Shown one piece after another: positions 25,992 to 39,525 of a stretch of DNA of 64,000 nt. Position numbers and translations under genes: made by a program. The notes under the pieces are model-generated. The model was not told the DNA's origin. It worked only from the letters and a program-made list of their open reading frames with translations, and searched no databases. Source of the DNA: Macrostomum hystrix (taxonomy: Eukaryota; Animalia; Platyhelminthes); assembly GCA_950097015.1 (NCBI GenBank), contig CATNEN010000003.1:10974001-11038000 (forward strand), read 5' to 3'. Position 1 is the first letter of the stretch. Each line of letters begins with the position of its first letter.

Positions 25992-27710
25992 GTGTCTGTC
26001 ACTCATCAAACCTCACTTTTTCTAAGTTTCTGTCACTCCCCAAACTTCACTCTTTTTAAGTGTCTGTCACTCCTCAAACCTCACTTTTTCTAAGTGTCTG
26101 TCACTCTCAATCTTCACTCTTTCTAAGATTGTCTGGCACTCCTCAAACCTCACTCTTTCGCAGTGTCTATCACTCCTCAAACCTCACTTTTTCTAAGTGT
26201 CTGTCACTCTCAATCTTCACTCTTTCTATATAAGTGTCTGTCACTCTCAATCTTCACTCTTTCTATATAAGTGTCTGTCACTCTCAATCTTCACTCTTTC
26301 TAAGTGTCTGGCACTCCTCAAACCTCACTCTTTCGCAGTGTCTATCACTCCTCAAACCTCACTTTTTCTAAGTGTCTGTCACTCCTCAAACCTCACTTTT
26401 TCTAAGTGTCTGTCACTCCTCAAACCTCACTTTTTCTAAGTGTCTGTCACTCCTCAAACCTCAATTTTTCTATGTGTCTGTCACTCTCAATCTTCACTCT
26501 TTCTATATAAGTGTCTGTCACTCTCAATCTTCACTCTTTCTATATAAGTGTCTGTCACTCTCAATCTTCACTCTTTCTAAGTGTCTGGCACTCCTCAAAC
26601 CTCACTCTTTCGCAGTGTCTATCACTCCTCAAACCTCACTTTTTCTAAGTGTCTGTCACTCTCAATCTTCACTCTTTCTATATAAGTGTCTGTCACTCTC
26701 AATCTTCACTCTTTCTATATAAGTGTCTGTCACTCTCAATCTTCACTCTTTCTAAGTGTCTGGCACTCCTCAAACCTCACTCTTTCGCAGTGTCTATCAC
26801 TCCTCAAACCTCACTTTTTCTAAGTGTCTGTCACTCCTCAAACCTCACTTTTTCTAAGTGTCTGTCACTCTCAATCTTCACTCTTTCTAAGTGTCTGGCA
26901 CTCCTCAAACCTCACTCTTTCGCAGTGTCTATCACTCCTCAAACCTCACTTTTTCTAAGTGTCTGTCACTCTCAATCTTCACTCTTTCTATATAAGTGTA
27001 TGTCACTCTCAATCTTCACTCTTTCTATATAAGTGTCTGTCACTCTCAATCTTCACTCTTTCTAAGTGTCTGGCACTCCTCAAACCTCACTCTTTCGCAG
27101 TGTCTATCACTCCTCAAACCTCACTTTTTCTAAGTGTCTGTCACTCCTCAAACCTCACTTTTTCTAAGTGTCTGTCACTCCTCAAACCTCACTTTTTCTA
27201 AGTGTCTGTCACTCCTCAAACCTCAATTTTTCTATGTGTCTGTCACTCTCAATCTTCACTCTTTCTATATAAGTGTCTGTCACTCTCAATCTTCACTCTT
27301 TCTATATAAGTGTCTGTCACTCTCAATCTTCACTCTTTCTAAGTGTCTGGCACTCCTCAAACCTCACTCTTTCGCAGTGTCTATCACTCCTCAAACCTCA
27401 CTTTTTCTAAGTGTCTGTCACTCTCAATCTTCACTCTTTCTATATAAGTGTCTGTCACTCTCAATCTTCACTCTTTCTATATAAGTGTCTGTCACTCTCA
27501 ATCTTCACTCTTTCTAAGTGTCTGGCACTCCTCAAACCTCACTCTTTCGCAGTGTCTATCACTCCTCAAACCTCACTTTTTCTAAGTGTCTGTCACTCCT
27601 CAAACCTCACTTTTTCTAAGTGTCTGTCACTCCTCAAACCTCACTTTTTCTATGTGTCTGTCACTCTCAATCTTCACTCTTTCTAAGTGTCTGTCACTCT
27701 AAAACTTCAC
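25992..27710. repeat. Composite minisatellite (about 33-37-bp units) with a 762-bp higher-order duplication
   Basis: Units begin AAGTGTCTGTCACTC; ORF starts recur at a +762 offset (26197/26959, 26372/27134, 26649/27411). Confidence 0.95.
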
Positions 27711-27871
27711 TCCCCTTCTTAGAGTCTATCGCTCTATGATGTCACCTCATCATTACCTCTCAAACCAGAAAATTGAGGCAGTCCTAGCTCTCGACTCAAA
27801 GCTAGCTCATTGGCTGCTAGATTGGAGTAGCTCCAACAACCTCACCCATAAATCATGAGCAATTGCCTCAC

Positions 27872-28105
27872 CTGTTGATCAGATAGCTGATTGTGAAATA
27901 CGGCACAATGTTCTAGCATGAGACACCGCTGAGTAGACACAGATTTGCACAATGTGCAACGATACAGGCTCAAATTAATTTGTTGTTCAATAATTTCGCT
28001 GAGCTGTTTAAAGTTGTGCTCACTAGTTAGATGATCAATGAACAGGCATTCCTGCAGGCACATGTACCTACAGGCAGGACAGCACAGTACATGAGTGATG
28101 GTCAT
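27872..28105 (-). CDS. Exon with two C2H2-type zinc fingers; likely first coding exon of the TALE gene
   Basis: CPAC...HLTSEH and YRCTLC...HCAVFH; ATG preceded by an in-frame stop and a tttcactag acceptor; CAG|gtgagg donor is phase 0. Confidence 0.65.
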
Positions 28106-28852
28106 GATTCAAAGCTAGTGAAATATGCTACTAATTGAGACACCCTTTGAAGGCTTTCGCTTTTAATCTAGACTGTATCTGAATCTTGGAAGACAAACTG
28201 ATCTTAGCCAATCACATCTCCCTGGCGAGTTGTATCCGGGGATTAGAGAGAGAGAGAGGGAGAAGAGGAAATTTAGAGGATAACCCCTAGGAGAGAATCG
28301 AAAGGTTAATACTCTGTGTATGTGATGTGTGCGAATGAGTGTGCACCCATTTGGTGCACTTAGGTAAGCACAGACTGTGATCCTCATTTGTACATTTAGC
28401 AACCGGCCCGCAAGAAGCTATCATTTTTCCTCTTTTTTTCCAGACATCAAAGAAACAAGTTTGCTATTCCGTTCACAAATCGATAAAAAAACAGGGCTCT
28501 TTCGACAGGTACAATTATGCTCATCTTGTAGGCATGTACAGGAGAGATGAGACAGGGAGGAGTAGAGACAGGGGAGAGATGAGACATGGGAGAGATGATA
28601 TAGGAAAAAAATTAGACAGGAAAGAGACAGGGAGACATTCTTCGAGCTATCATAGGCTAAAAATTTCATATTCATATTTTTCTTTTAGGTTGAAGTTTTG
28701 GGAGCGCGCTGAACTAGTTTTGATGCTTTGTTTTAATTTTATTTGACATAAAATATGTCGAGCAGATATCACTACTCACGTCAGTAGTGACAATAGAAAT
28801 ATCGCAAATTTTACAAATAAGGTTTGAAATAATCTTGTCCGTCCAATAGCAA

Positions 28853-30689
28853 TCAGTTGGCCTCATTACTGAGCAGTCGTTTGTGGCTGCGTCTCTGAGC
28901 AGACTGCGACTGTTGAAATTGTCGACGACGCCGCTTCGACGAGGCCGAGGCGTTACCGCGGCGGCCGTCAAGCGCGGAGAGTGAAGCAACCGATGCGGCG
29001 AATCTGCAGCTGCTGCTGGAGTCGCTGACTGACGACGAAGACGTGGCTGCGGACGACGATGTCAGATGGTCCTCGAGCTGCTCGCTTTGGGCTTCGGAAA
29101 AGCTGAGTACGCTTGAGCTGGATTGATGTCGACCGAGCTGCGAGTATGATGGTCGCTCCTGAGGTAGCTGAAGCCGCTGCTGATGAAGCTGAGGTGAAAG
29201 GCTAGAGGGGCTCCTGAAATTAGTTTTTTGAAGAAAAAAAAATTCGTTTTTCGCGTCTGTTTCAGTTTGTCTTCAAGCCTTCTCTCCGCGGCTATGCCCC
29301 AAGCTCCGCTGGCAAAGCTACAAACCTGGATGGTTTCTGCTGCTGCTGCTGCTGCTGCTGATGATGACGCCTAAAGAAGCTAAATCGGCCAACTAGTCGA
29401 CGCGGAGAGGCCATCGGCGAAGGCGACGCCGACGGAGACGGAGACGGCGACGATGGCGAAGCTATTAGCCGGCGACGATTTGTCGCCGACCTGGGTCGAT
29501 GCGCATTGAACGAGGCCTCTCGTCTGGGCGACAATCCGAAGGCCTCCGAAGACGACGGCCGCGGCGCCTGGTCGAGGCAGGGTGCACTCGGCCAGTGTCT
29601 ATGGCCGAAGCTGAGACCGAGTAGCCGCTTGAAGAGCTGCAGAATCTGGCCAGACTTGGGGCACTGCATGGCCAGGTAGCCACCGTCTGGACTGTCGATG
29701 CTGTCAGCGTCGGAGAGGCAGCCAGTAAACTGAACGAAGAACCAACCGTTGAGGCTGGTACAATTGGCGATTCGGCTCATTTGGCAGGACAAAATACAGG
29801 CCTGTAAGCAAGAAATATAAATAAATTATCCATCACTTTTTACGATTTTTAACAAAATGTTCCGGATTGAAATAGTTTCTAATAAATCAACATGACTGTG
29901 GAGAAACGGATTTAAAAACAATATTAAAAGTAAAACTTAATATAAAATCTTGTTTATAATTTGTGCAATAGACTTTGACCTTATAAATCTCATGTCACAA
30001 CAGCTATTGTGGACTGGGGAGGTCGCAACAACAACACAAATACGCTATCTATCCCAACTGATGCTATAAGTTCTTTGCTTAGTTTAGATCATTTCGCGGA
30101 CCTGATTCACATCCTGTATTTCGAAGAACTCTTGAGCGACATGCAGCACGTACAAATAGTCAGGACACAGTCCCAGTGATTGGACTGTCAGGTTGTTCAA
30201 CAGGCGCACAATCCAGCTGCTAATACGATCGGTGCTGTGGCCTCTGGCTTTGGATTGCGTGTCGAGAACTAGGCAGTGCAAGCTAAGTGGCTGTCTCAAG
30301 GCTGTCAGACCGCTATAGATCTTGTCGATCTCTAGTCGACTCTCCTGGTACAGATTCACAACAGCTCCGCTTAGCAACGGATTCGTTTGTCGTCTGAGTG
30401 TCAAACAGTGAACAATGGTTGAGTAGTTTTCGCCTCTCCTTCTGGAGCACAACGCAGTCTCTCGCAGCGAACCCAATGGAATCGAGCGACGCAAAGTTGG
30501 CCTGTCAAAAATTGACACATTTGTTGAAGCCAAATCGGCGACAATGTGAAGCGTAGCTGACAGCTTGTTGCGATGCGTTTTGACTGTGATGCGAACTCGG
30601 CAATAGTTTTGATCAAGCGGCCAAGTGATTAGACTGCCGGTGGCGCGGCGAAAGTAGCTTTTGTTAATGTACACTGTGGCACTGTCCAT
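28853..30689 (-). CDS. Three-exon divergent PH + IRS-type PTB (DOK/IRS-like) adaptor (exons 30689-30102, 29801-29326, 29213-28853)
   Basis: Phase-consistent GT-AG junctions (0, 2) to TGA; beta-rich N-domain, then a PTB-like pattern (WIVRLL...GL...YLYVLHV...RIANCTSLNGWFFVQF...GGYLAMQC), then a Ser/Gln-rich tail. The domain call is pattern-based. Confidence 0.7.
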
Positions 30690-30779
30690 TGCTGAACAAA
30701 GTTTTGGGGTGAGTTACTACAGTAATAGCTAGTATCAGATGATTGTCTTCTTGTGATAGCCCTTAGGATCAGACGGTTG

Positions 30780-31245
30780 CGTCGTTGTGGTAGTCGCTGG
30801 TATCCGACGGTTGCGTCGTTGTGGTAGTCGCTAGTATCAGTCGGTGAAGTCACTGTGGCAGTCGCTAGTATCAGTCAGTGGAGTCGTTGTGGCAGTCACT
30901 AGTATCAGTCAGTGGAGTCGTTGTGGCAGTCGCTAGTATCAGTCGGTGGAGTCACTGTGGCAGTCGCTAGTATCAGTCGGTGGAGTCACTGTGGCAGTCG
31001 CTAGTATCAGTCGGTGGAGTCACTGTGGTAGTCGCTAGTATCAGTCAGTGGAGTCGTTGTGGCAGTCGCTAGTATCAGTCGGTGGAGTCACTGTGGCAGT
31101 CGCTAGTATCAGTCGGTGGAGTCACTGTGGCAGTCGCTAGTATCAGTCGGTGGAGTCACTGTGGTAGTCGCTAGTATCAGTCGGTGGAGTCACTGTGGTA
31201 GTCGCTAGGATCAGATGTTTGTGTCACTGTGTCACTGTGGCAGTC
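30780..31245. repeat. 34-bp minisatellite
   Basis: (GTCGGTGGAGTCACTGTGGCAGTCGCTAGTATCA)n. Confidence 0.95.
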
Positions 31246-32169
31246 GTTGTATCGTTGTATCGTCTTTGTTGTCGATAATTCTGTAGTGGTATTCTGCAGT
31301 TGTGTCCCAAAATTAGTCGCTATGTCAAGGCTGTTACTGTTTTTATGTTGACATAAGGAATAACTATATTTTAAGTGCCTTATCGTACACTTTGAACTAG
31401 TTATCTATAGCTTAGCAGCAACTTAAACACTTGCCAATTGCACAGGAAGGCATCTACAGTAAATGGATAGACACACAGACCCCTATGTCACCAGCTATAT
31501 ATCAAAATCTGCATGTCGGTTAAATAGACCAACACCCACCCCACTCCTTGCTAGCTGTAGGACACGCGCAATGTCCAACCAGTCAGGAATTCAACGAACC
31601 AATGAGAACCGTTTGCCAGTTTTTTTCTAGTTTCACGAGATCCACCCAGGAGAGGGAAACAGGCCGGATTAGTCTAATACTAAAATATTTTTTCTTCCAG
31701 ATGTCTGCACCTCTCATGTCACCGATTTGCTGCCTAATTGAGTTTGAGCTCAGTGGATGATGGACTGCGTTGGGATTGTGCCAGAGAAAGAAAGTGTGAG
31801 AAATGAGAAAAAATAGGAAAAATGACTGCGCATAAATTATTCAGATTCAGAACCTGATCCATCTCTTCCCCTAGTAGATATACTAAGGCGGGAAGTGCGA
31901 TTTCGATATTCGAGCTGAAAATATAAAATTCTACTCAATGTTTCCAATTTTTTCCCATATTTGAGTCTGATTAATTTTTGCCCAGTCCCCAAATATCTAG
32001 GGAGAATGCTTTGCTCTGGGGACATTCACTGGGGATAGATGGCTTTGGGAGACCAGAGTCAACAAATGATGAATGATTGTACTATAAAGAGGCCGAAAAC
32101 AAATGTCTCAACTTTTCGTTCCATAAATAATCAGTTTTTTTTTCACCAGAGGTCTTTGATACCGCCTGT

Positions 32170-32360
32170 TGTCGCCTAATTGACGCCTTTGAGGGCCAAC
32201 CTCCAAGGCACAGTGAGAGTGTACACTGCCTGACGATGAGAAATTCAGGGCTGATGTACACACCTGCGTGCGTGTGTGCTCAGGTCAGCGAAATGGGCAG
32301 AATTGACTCCTCGCTGGCTGCGGGTCTAGTGTAACCAATTAAATGATGTGCCAATTGCTC
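32170..32360 (+). mobile_element. SINE family 2 body
   Basis: CCAAGGCACAGTGAGAGTGTACACTGCCTGACGATGAGAAA...GCTGCGGGTCTAGTG shared in whole or part with the copies at 42.4, 43.9 and 51.4 kb. Confidence 0.8.
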
Positions 32361-32633
32361 ACAGCTTTTCTGAAAATATTATTGTTATATTATCATTTTT
32401 TTAATTTTGAATAAAAACTAAAAAAGTAGGGTCAAACTTTTTATGATTGCAATATCTAAATTAAACTAGGAAGGAAAGAAACTGTTAGTATAAATATTAG
32501 AGTTAAGGCATCATGATTGATGAAATAAAAGCTTAGAGAAGCTATGATTGATGAAAATTATGATTTTAATAAATTCGTTTTATGTCTTATGAAGGCAGTG
32601 AGAAACGGAAAAAACATTGTATGATAGGAAGAG

Positions 32634-33232
32634 TTTAGTAGAGTGGGTAGAATCTGTAGAATGAGTAGAGTGAGTAGAGCGAGTAGAGTGAGTAGAGTGA
32701 GAAGAATGAGTAGAGTGAGTAGAGTGAGAAGAGCGAGTAGAGTGAGTAGAGTGAGAAGAGTGAGTAGAGTGAGTAGAGTGGACAGTGTTGGTATATTGGG
32801 TAGAGTGAGTAGAGTGAGTAGAGTGAGAAGAGTGAGTAGAGTGAGTAGAGTGGACAGTGTTGGTATATTGGGTAGAGTGTGTAGAGTGAGTAAAGCGAGT
32901 AGAGTGAGTAGAGTGAGTAGAATGAGAAGAGTGAGTAGAGTGAGTAGAGTGAGTAGAGTGAGTAGAGTGAGTAGAGTGAGTAGAGTGAGTATAGTGAGTA
33001 GAGGGAGTAGAGTGAGTAGAGGGAGTAGAGGGAGTAGAGTGAGTAGAGTGAGTAGAGTGAGTATAGTGAGTAGAGTGAGTAGAGTGAGTAGAGGGAGTAG
33101 AGTGGACAGTGTTGGTAGATTGGGTAGAGTGAGTAGAGTGAGTAGAGTGAGAAGAGTGAGTAGAGTGGACAGTGTTGGTAGATTGGGTAGAGTGAGTAGA
33201 GTGAGTAGAGTGAGAAGAGTGAGTAGAGTGAG
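32634..33232. repeat. 9-bp repeat (GAGTAGAGT)n with interspersed GACAGTGTTGGTA units
   Basis: Tandem periodicity. Confidence 0.95.
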
Positions 33233-33829
33233 TTGATTTATGCAATAAAGGCATTTGTCTTTATGAAGCGAAAAGCCCTGCTAGGGGAGATAAAAGCAGA
33301 AATGTGTCTCAAATGAAAATTGGAAACTGTAATTGGAAGCCTCAGAATTTTTCTGTTTTTCATTCTGACCACCACTAAGGGGCGGGAGACGCCTGCGAGA
33401 CTGTGAAGTGCTCGGCACTTAATCCAAGCGCTCGCTGCTTGTCTCCAATGAGTTATCCCCAACAAGACTAATCCCACACAAATCTTCCCCAGCTGCTATA
33501 GAAGGAGGCTCGACTGTCATCCTATTTCTCTGAATTATTCCATGGCTCAGGCAGGGTGTTTCTCCCCCGAGGGGATGGCTGGGGTGAATGGATCTTACTG
33601 ATCTCATGTAGAATATTCGTGAGAAGCGCAGCACTTGCCCAATGACGCATGATTGTGTGTCTCTAGCTAGCCGTCTATGCTTTCCCAGCCAGTTTGGCTA
33701 AAAATTTTAGCCTTTATGTTTACATTCTGTCGTCGGGATTTACTGAATTTTCGAAAGCAACATTTTACCATGTGTTTTTTTTTCAGTACCTTCTGTAGAG
33801 ACTTTTCATCCCCGACAATAAAGTCCATA

Positions 33830-34850
33830 ACTCTCTTCCTCTATCCTTCTTTCTTGATCTACCCCTTCTCTCTTCCCCTAACCATCTCTCTTCCTCTACC
33901 TATTCTCTCTTCCTCTACCCACTCTCTCTTCCTCTACCCATTCTCTCTTCCTCAACACCTCTCTCTTCCTCTACCCATTCTCTTTTATTCTACCCCTTCT
34001 CTCTTCCTCTACCCATTCTCTTTTATTCTACCTCTTCTCTCTTCCTCTACCCCTTCTCTTTTATTCTACCCCTTCTCTCTTCCTCTACCCATTCTCTTTT
34101 ATTCTACCCCTTCTCTCTTCCTCTACCCCTTCTCTTTTATTCTACCCCTTCTCTCTTCCTCTACCCATTCTCTCTTATTCTACCCATTCTTTTTTATTCT
34201 ACCCCTTCTCTCTTCCTCTACCCATTCTCATTTATTCTACCCCTTCTCTCTTCCTCTAACCATTCTCATTTATTCTACCCCTTCTCTCTTCCTCTACCCA
34301 TTCTCATTTATTCTACCCCTTCTCTCTTCCTCTACCCATTCTCATTTATTCTACCCCTTCTCTCTTCCTCTACCCATTCTCTCTTATTCTACCCATTCTT
34401 TTTTATTCTACCCCTTCTCTCTTCCTCTACCCATTCTCATTTATTCTACCCCTTCTCTCTTCCTCTAACCATTCTCATTTATTCTACCCCTTCTCTCTTC
34501 CTCTACCCCTTCTCTTTTATTCTACCCCTTCTCTCTTCCTCTACCCATTCTCTTTTATTCTACCCCTTCTCTCTTCCTCTACCCATTCTCTTTTATTCTA
34601 CCCCTTCTCTCTTCCTCTACCCATTCTTTCTTATTCTACCCCTTCTCTTTTATTCTACCCCTTCTCTCTTCCTCTACCCATTCTCATTTATTCTACCCCT
34701 TCTCTCTTCCTCTACCCCTTCTCTTTTATTATACCCCTTCTCTCTTCCTCTACCCATTCTCTCTTATTCTACCCCTTCTCTCTTCCTCTACCCATTCTCT
34801 CTTATTCTACCCATTTTCTCTTATTCTACCCCTTCTCTTTTTCTCTACTT
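33830..34850. repeat. Polypyrimidine minisatellite with about 19-bp alternating subunits
   Basis: TTCTCTCTTCCTCTACCC / TTCTCTTTTATTCTACCC. Confidence 0.93.
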
Positions 34851-35507
34851 CGATTCGCACCACTTAATTACTCCAATAGTTTGCTATTCAGCTGTCAATA
34901 ACTTTCCCAATGTGAAGCAGTGCCTTTGACTTGAGATCCATTTCTTTACCTTTGGCCTACTCGTGCTCCGACCAATTTTTGGTCCTCAAAGTAGAGTAAT
35001 TTCTTCCCAAACATATGCTCACCGCCCACACTTAATCTCAATCGCCCTGTCCTTCTTATGTATGGGCTTCTATTTTTTGTGGGATTTTTAATTTCCAGTA
35101 GAAACTAGGGAGGCAGATTGTATCGAAAAAATACAGAAAAAATGACAGAAATCCCAAGACACACGCGAAACAAGCAACCAAGAAGGCCAAAACTGATTTA
35201 GCTACGGAATCAAAGCTATACGGATAGGTTATTTAAGTCCGTACGCTCGCTCTTTCGCCCTGTGTATTCAACATTTTTGTTTGGCATTTCGTCCAAAAAA
35301 TGATATCGCAATTTGGATCTGCCTAAATGCGCAGTTCCAGGGGTAGGGGCGAAGTTTTGCTGCTTTTTGGGGATATTTGGAAGAGACGGAACAGATGGGG
35401 AGGTTAGACAGGGATTAGGATGCACAGAGGAAAAAAGTTGGGCTGCCGACAAGTCATGAATTAATTGTAACAGTAACCCTGCGCACAAATATGGGAAACT
35501 AAACCTG

Positions 35508-35579
35508 CTATCTCTCTATCTATCTATCTATCTATCTATCTCTATCAATCAATCTATCAATCTATCTATCTATCTATGC

Positions 35580-35663
<84 letters not shown>

Positions 35664-35701
35664 CTATCAATCAATCTATCAATCTATCTATCTATCTATG
35701 C

Positions 35702-35769
<68 letters not shown>

Positions 35770-35811
35770 CTCTCTATCAATCAATCTATCAATCTATCTA
35801 TCTATCTATGC

Positions 35812-35867
<56 letters not shown>

Positions 35868-35905
35868 CTATCAATCAATCTATCAATCTATCTATCTATC
35901 TATGC

Positions 35906-35977
<72 letters not shown>

Positions 35978-36019
35978 CTCTCTATCAATCAATCTATCAA
36001 TCTATCTATCTATCTATGC

Positions 36020-36059
<40 letters not shown>

Positions 36060-36077
36060 CTCTCTATCAATCAATCA

Positions 36078-36119
<42 letters not shown>
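35508..36119. repeat. (TATC)n microsatellite with a recurring higher-order motif
   Basis: GATA-type repeat punctuated by CAAT units and ATGC. Confidence 0.98.
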
Positions 36120-36688
36120 GAAACAGGATTTGAGTTTGTCTAGCGGAGTATGCGTGAATGTAGAAAAACGTTTCTTTAGAAAAATTAAGTATGTTAGCTG
36201 ATTAATTTCAAACTAGGCTACTTTAAGCTGCCATATGAGTAGTAAGCACAGGAAAAATGGCCACTTTGTGACATTAAGAAAAATTATGTCGTTTTTTCAT
36301 GATACAGTTTTATTCACACCGTATAATACATCAAAATTCAAACTAAGACTACCGAATATCAATTTCGCTATAATACAACAGTAATACCCAATAAGGATTG
36401 TGCAATATTTATACACTAAAACAAGAAAAAATATTTTTAATTCATGCGAAGCTGTACGTGTCATGGCATTTTCTAGACAAGAAAAATACCAAATGGGGCA
36501 ACTTTTAGAAGATATAAGAGGTTGTTTTCGCAGCTGACAATAAATTATAGTATATCATGCATAAGGTATATCTATATTTCATTCTAGTGAAAAGAAAATT
36601 CTAATTGACATCTACACGTGATGCACTGCATTGCCTCATTCAGCCATCGGAGATAAAGCAATAAAAGTTTATTCATAGAAAACGTAGG

Positions 36689-37298
36689 AGGACTTTGACC
36701 CCTCCACTATTATCTAACTGAGGACTTTGACCCCTCCACTATTATCTAACTGAGGACTTTGACCCCTCCACTATTATCTAACTCAGGACTTTGACCCCTC
36801 CACTATTATCTAACTTAGGACTTTGACCCCTCCACTATTATCTAACTGAGGACTTCGACCCCTCCACTATTATCTAACTGAGGACTTTGACCCCTCCACT
36901 ATTATCTAACTGAGGACTTTGACCCCTCCACTATTATCTAACTGAGGACTTTGACCCCTCCACTATTATCTAACTCAGGACTTTGACCCCTCCACTATTA
37001 TCTAACTGAGGACTTTGACCCCTCCACTATTATCTAACTGAGGACTTTGACCCCTCCACTATTATCTAACTGAGGACTTTGACCCCTCCACTATGATCTA
37101 ACTGAGGACTTTGACCCCTCCACTATTATCTAACTCAGGACTTTGACCCCTCCACTATTATCTAACTTAGGACTTTGACCCCTCCACTATTATCTAACTG
37201 AGGACTTTGACCCCTCCACTATTATCACCCCTCCACTATTATCTAACTGAGGACTTTGACCCCTCCACTCTCATCTAACTGAGGACTTTGACCCCTCC
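36689..37298. repeat. 32-bp minisatellite
   Basis: (GAGGACTTTGACCCCTCCACTATTATCTAACT)n. Confidence 0.97.
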
Positions 37299-37754
37299 AA
37301 TCCTAAGACAGTCAAAGCCCGAAAGATTGTGGAGCAAATCAGAAAACCCGATAGGAATTTTAAATTCATACTTTCATTTCTTAGCTTATATTAGATACCC
37401 CATGCTGTCAGCCCAAGCCGACTGTTGACTTTGAAAACACAGACATGCAAGAAATCGAACCTAATTTAGATGAAACTGCGCGAGAAATATTTATAACTAG
37501 AGATTGAGAAAAGTTATGTTGCTATGGACGTTAAAATTCGCTGTAGCTCGTATTAAGGCTAATTTATAAGCCTTGACTAACCTGTTCGTGTTATGCTACG
37601 GGTATAAAACTATATGATGGTGCCATATTTCATGAGTTATTAAAATTTAGAAACGTATTAGAATGTTTCAATAGATATTCGTTAGCTTTAAACTATTTAT
37701 TGATTTGTCTGCCTACTTAGTTTTAATTCAGTCAAGTCATTACCTACCGGCTTC

Positions 37755-39525
37755 TTAGTGAATCAGTCATTACCCTTTGATATTTCAGTGAATCAGTCAT
37801 TAACCCGTGTGATTTTAGTGAATCGGTCATTACCCGAGTGGTTTTAGTGAATCAGTCATTAACCCGAGTGATTTTAGTGAATCGGTCATTAACCCGAGTG
37901 ATTTTAGTGAATCGGTCATTACCCGAGTGGTTTTAGTGAATCAGTCATTAACCCGTGTGATTTTAGTGAATCGGTCATTAACCCGAGTGGTTTTAGTGAA
38001 TCGCTCATTAACCCGAGTGATTATAGTGAATCGGTCATTACCCGAGTGGTTTTAGTGAATCAGTCATTAACCCGTGTGATTTTAGTGAATCGGTCATTAA
38101 CCCGAGTGGTTTTAGTGAATCAGTCATTAACCCGAGTGGTTTTAGTGAATCGGTCATTAACCCGAGTGGTTTTAGTGAATCAGTCATTAACCCGAGTGGT
38201 TTTAGTGAATCGGTCATTAACCCGAGTGGTTTTAGTGAATCAGTCATTAACCCGAGTGGTTTTAGTGAATCGGTCATTAACCCGAGTGATTTTAGTGAAT
38301 CAGTCATTAACCCGAGTGGTTTTAGTGAATCGGTCATTAACCCGAGTGATTTTAGTGAATCGGTCATTAACCCGAGTGATTTTAGTGAATCAGTCATTAA
38401 CCCGAGTGATTTTAGTGAATCAGTCATTAACCCGAGTGATTTTAGTGAATCGGTCATTAACCCGAGTGATTTTAGTGAATCAGTCATTAACCCGAGTGGT
38501 TTTAGTGAATCGGTCATTAACCCGAGTGATTTTAGTGAATCGGTCATTAACCCGAGTGATTTTAGTGAATCAGTCATTAACCCGAGTGGTTTTAGTGAAT
38601 CGCTCATTAACCCGAGTGATTATAGTGAATCGGTCATTACCCGAGTGGTTTTAGTGAATCAGTCATTAACCCGTGTGATTTTAGTGAATCGGTCATTAAC
38701 CCGAGTGGTTTTAGTGAATCAGTCATTAACCCGAGTGGTTTTAGTGAATCGGTCATTAACCCGAGTGGTTTTAGTGAATCAGTCATTAACCCGAGTGGTT
38801 TTAGTGAATCGGTCATTAACCCGAGTGGTTTTAGTGAATCAGTCATTAACCCGAGTGGTTTTAGTGAATCGGTCATTAACCCGAGTGATTTTAGTGAATC
38901 AGTCATTAACCCGAGTGGTTTTAGTGAATCGGTCATTAACCCGAGTGATTTTAGTGAATCGGTCATTAACCCGAGTGATTTTAGTGAATCAGTCATTAAC
39001 CCGAGTGGTTTTAGTGAATCAGTCATTAACCCGAGTGGTTTTAGTGAATCGGTCATTAACCCGAGTGATTTTAGTGAATCAGTCATTAACCCGAGTGATT
39101 TTAGTGAATCAGTCATTAACCCGAGTGGTTTTAGTGAATCGGTCATTAACCCGAGTGATTTTAGTGAATCGGTCATTAACCCGAGTGATTTTAGTGAATC
39201 AGTCATTAACCCGAGTGATTTTAGTGAATCAGTCATTAACCCGAGTGATTTTAGTGAATCGGTCATTAACCCGAGTGATTTTAGTGAATCAGTCATTAAC
39301 CCGAGTGGTTTTAGTGAATCGGTCATTAACCCGAGTGATTTTAGTGAATCGGTCATTAACCCGAGTGATTTTAGTGAATCAGTCATTAACCCGAGTGGTT
39401 TTAGTGAATCGGTCATTAACCCGAGTGATTTTAGTGAATCGGTCATTACCCGAGTGGTTTTAGTGAATCAGTCATTACCCTTTGATATTTCAGTGAATCG
39501 GTCATTAACCCGTGTGATTTTATTG
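37755..39525. repeat. 30-bp minisatellite with a 599-bp internal duplication
   Basis: (TTTTAGTGAATCGGTCATTAACCCGAGTGG)n; a rare variant unit recurs at 38002 and 38601. Confidence 0.97.

Noticed and set aside
27755-27850. In-frame TGA (IYG*GCW...) as selenocysteine or readthrough
   Set aside because: A good phase-0 donor lies upstream at 27872 and no SECIS was recognised; the downstream open stretch may be chance or an unresolved exon.
36689-39525. 30-32-bp repeats as CRISPR arrays
   Set aside because: No unique spacers, eukaryotic context, no cas genes.
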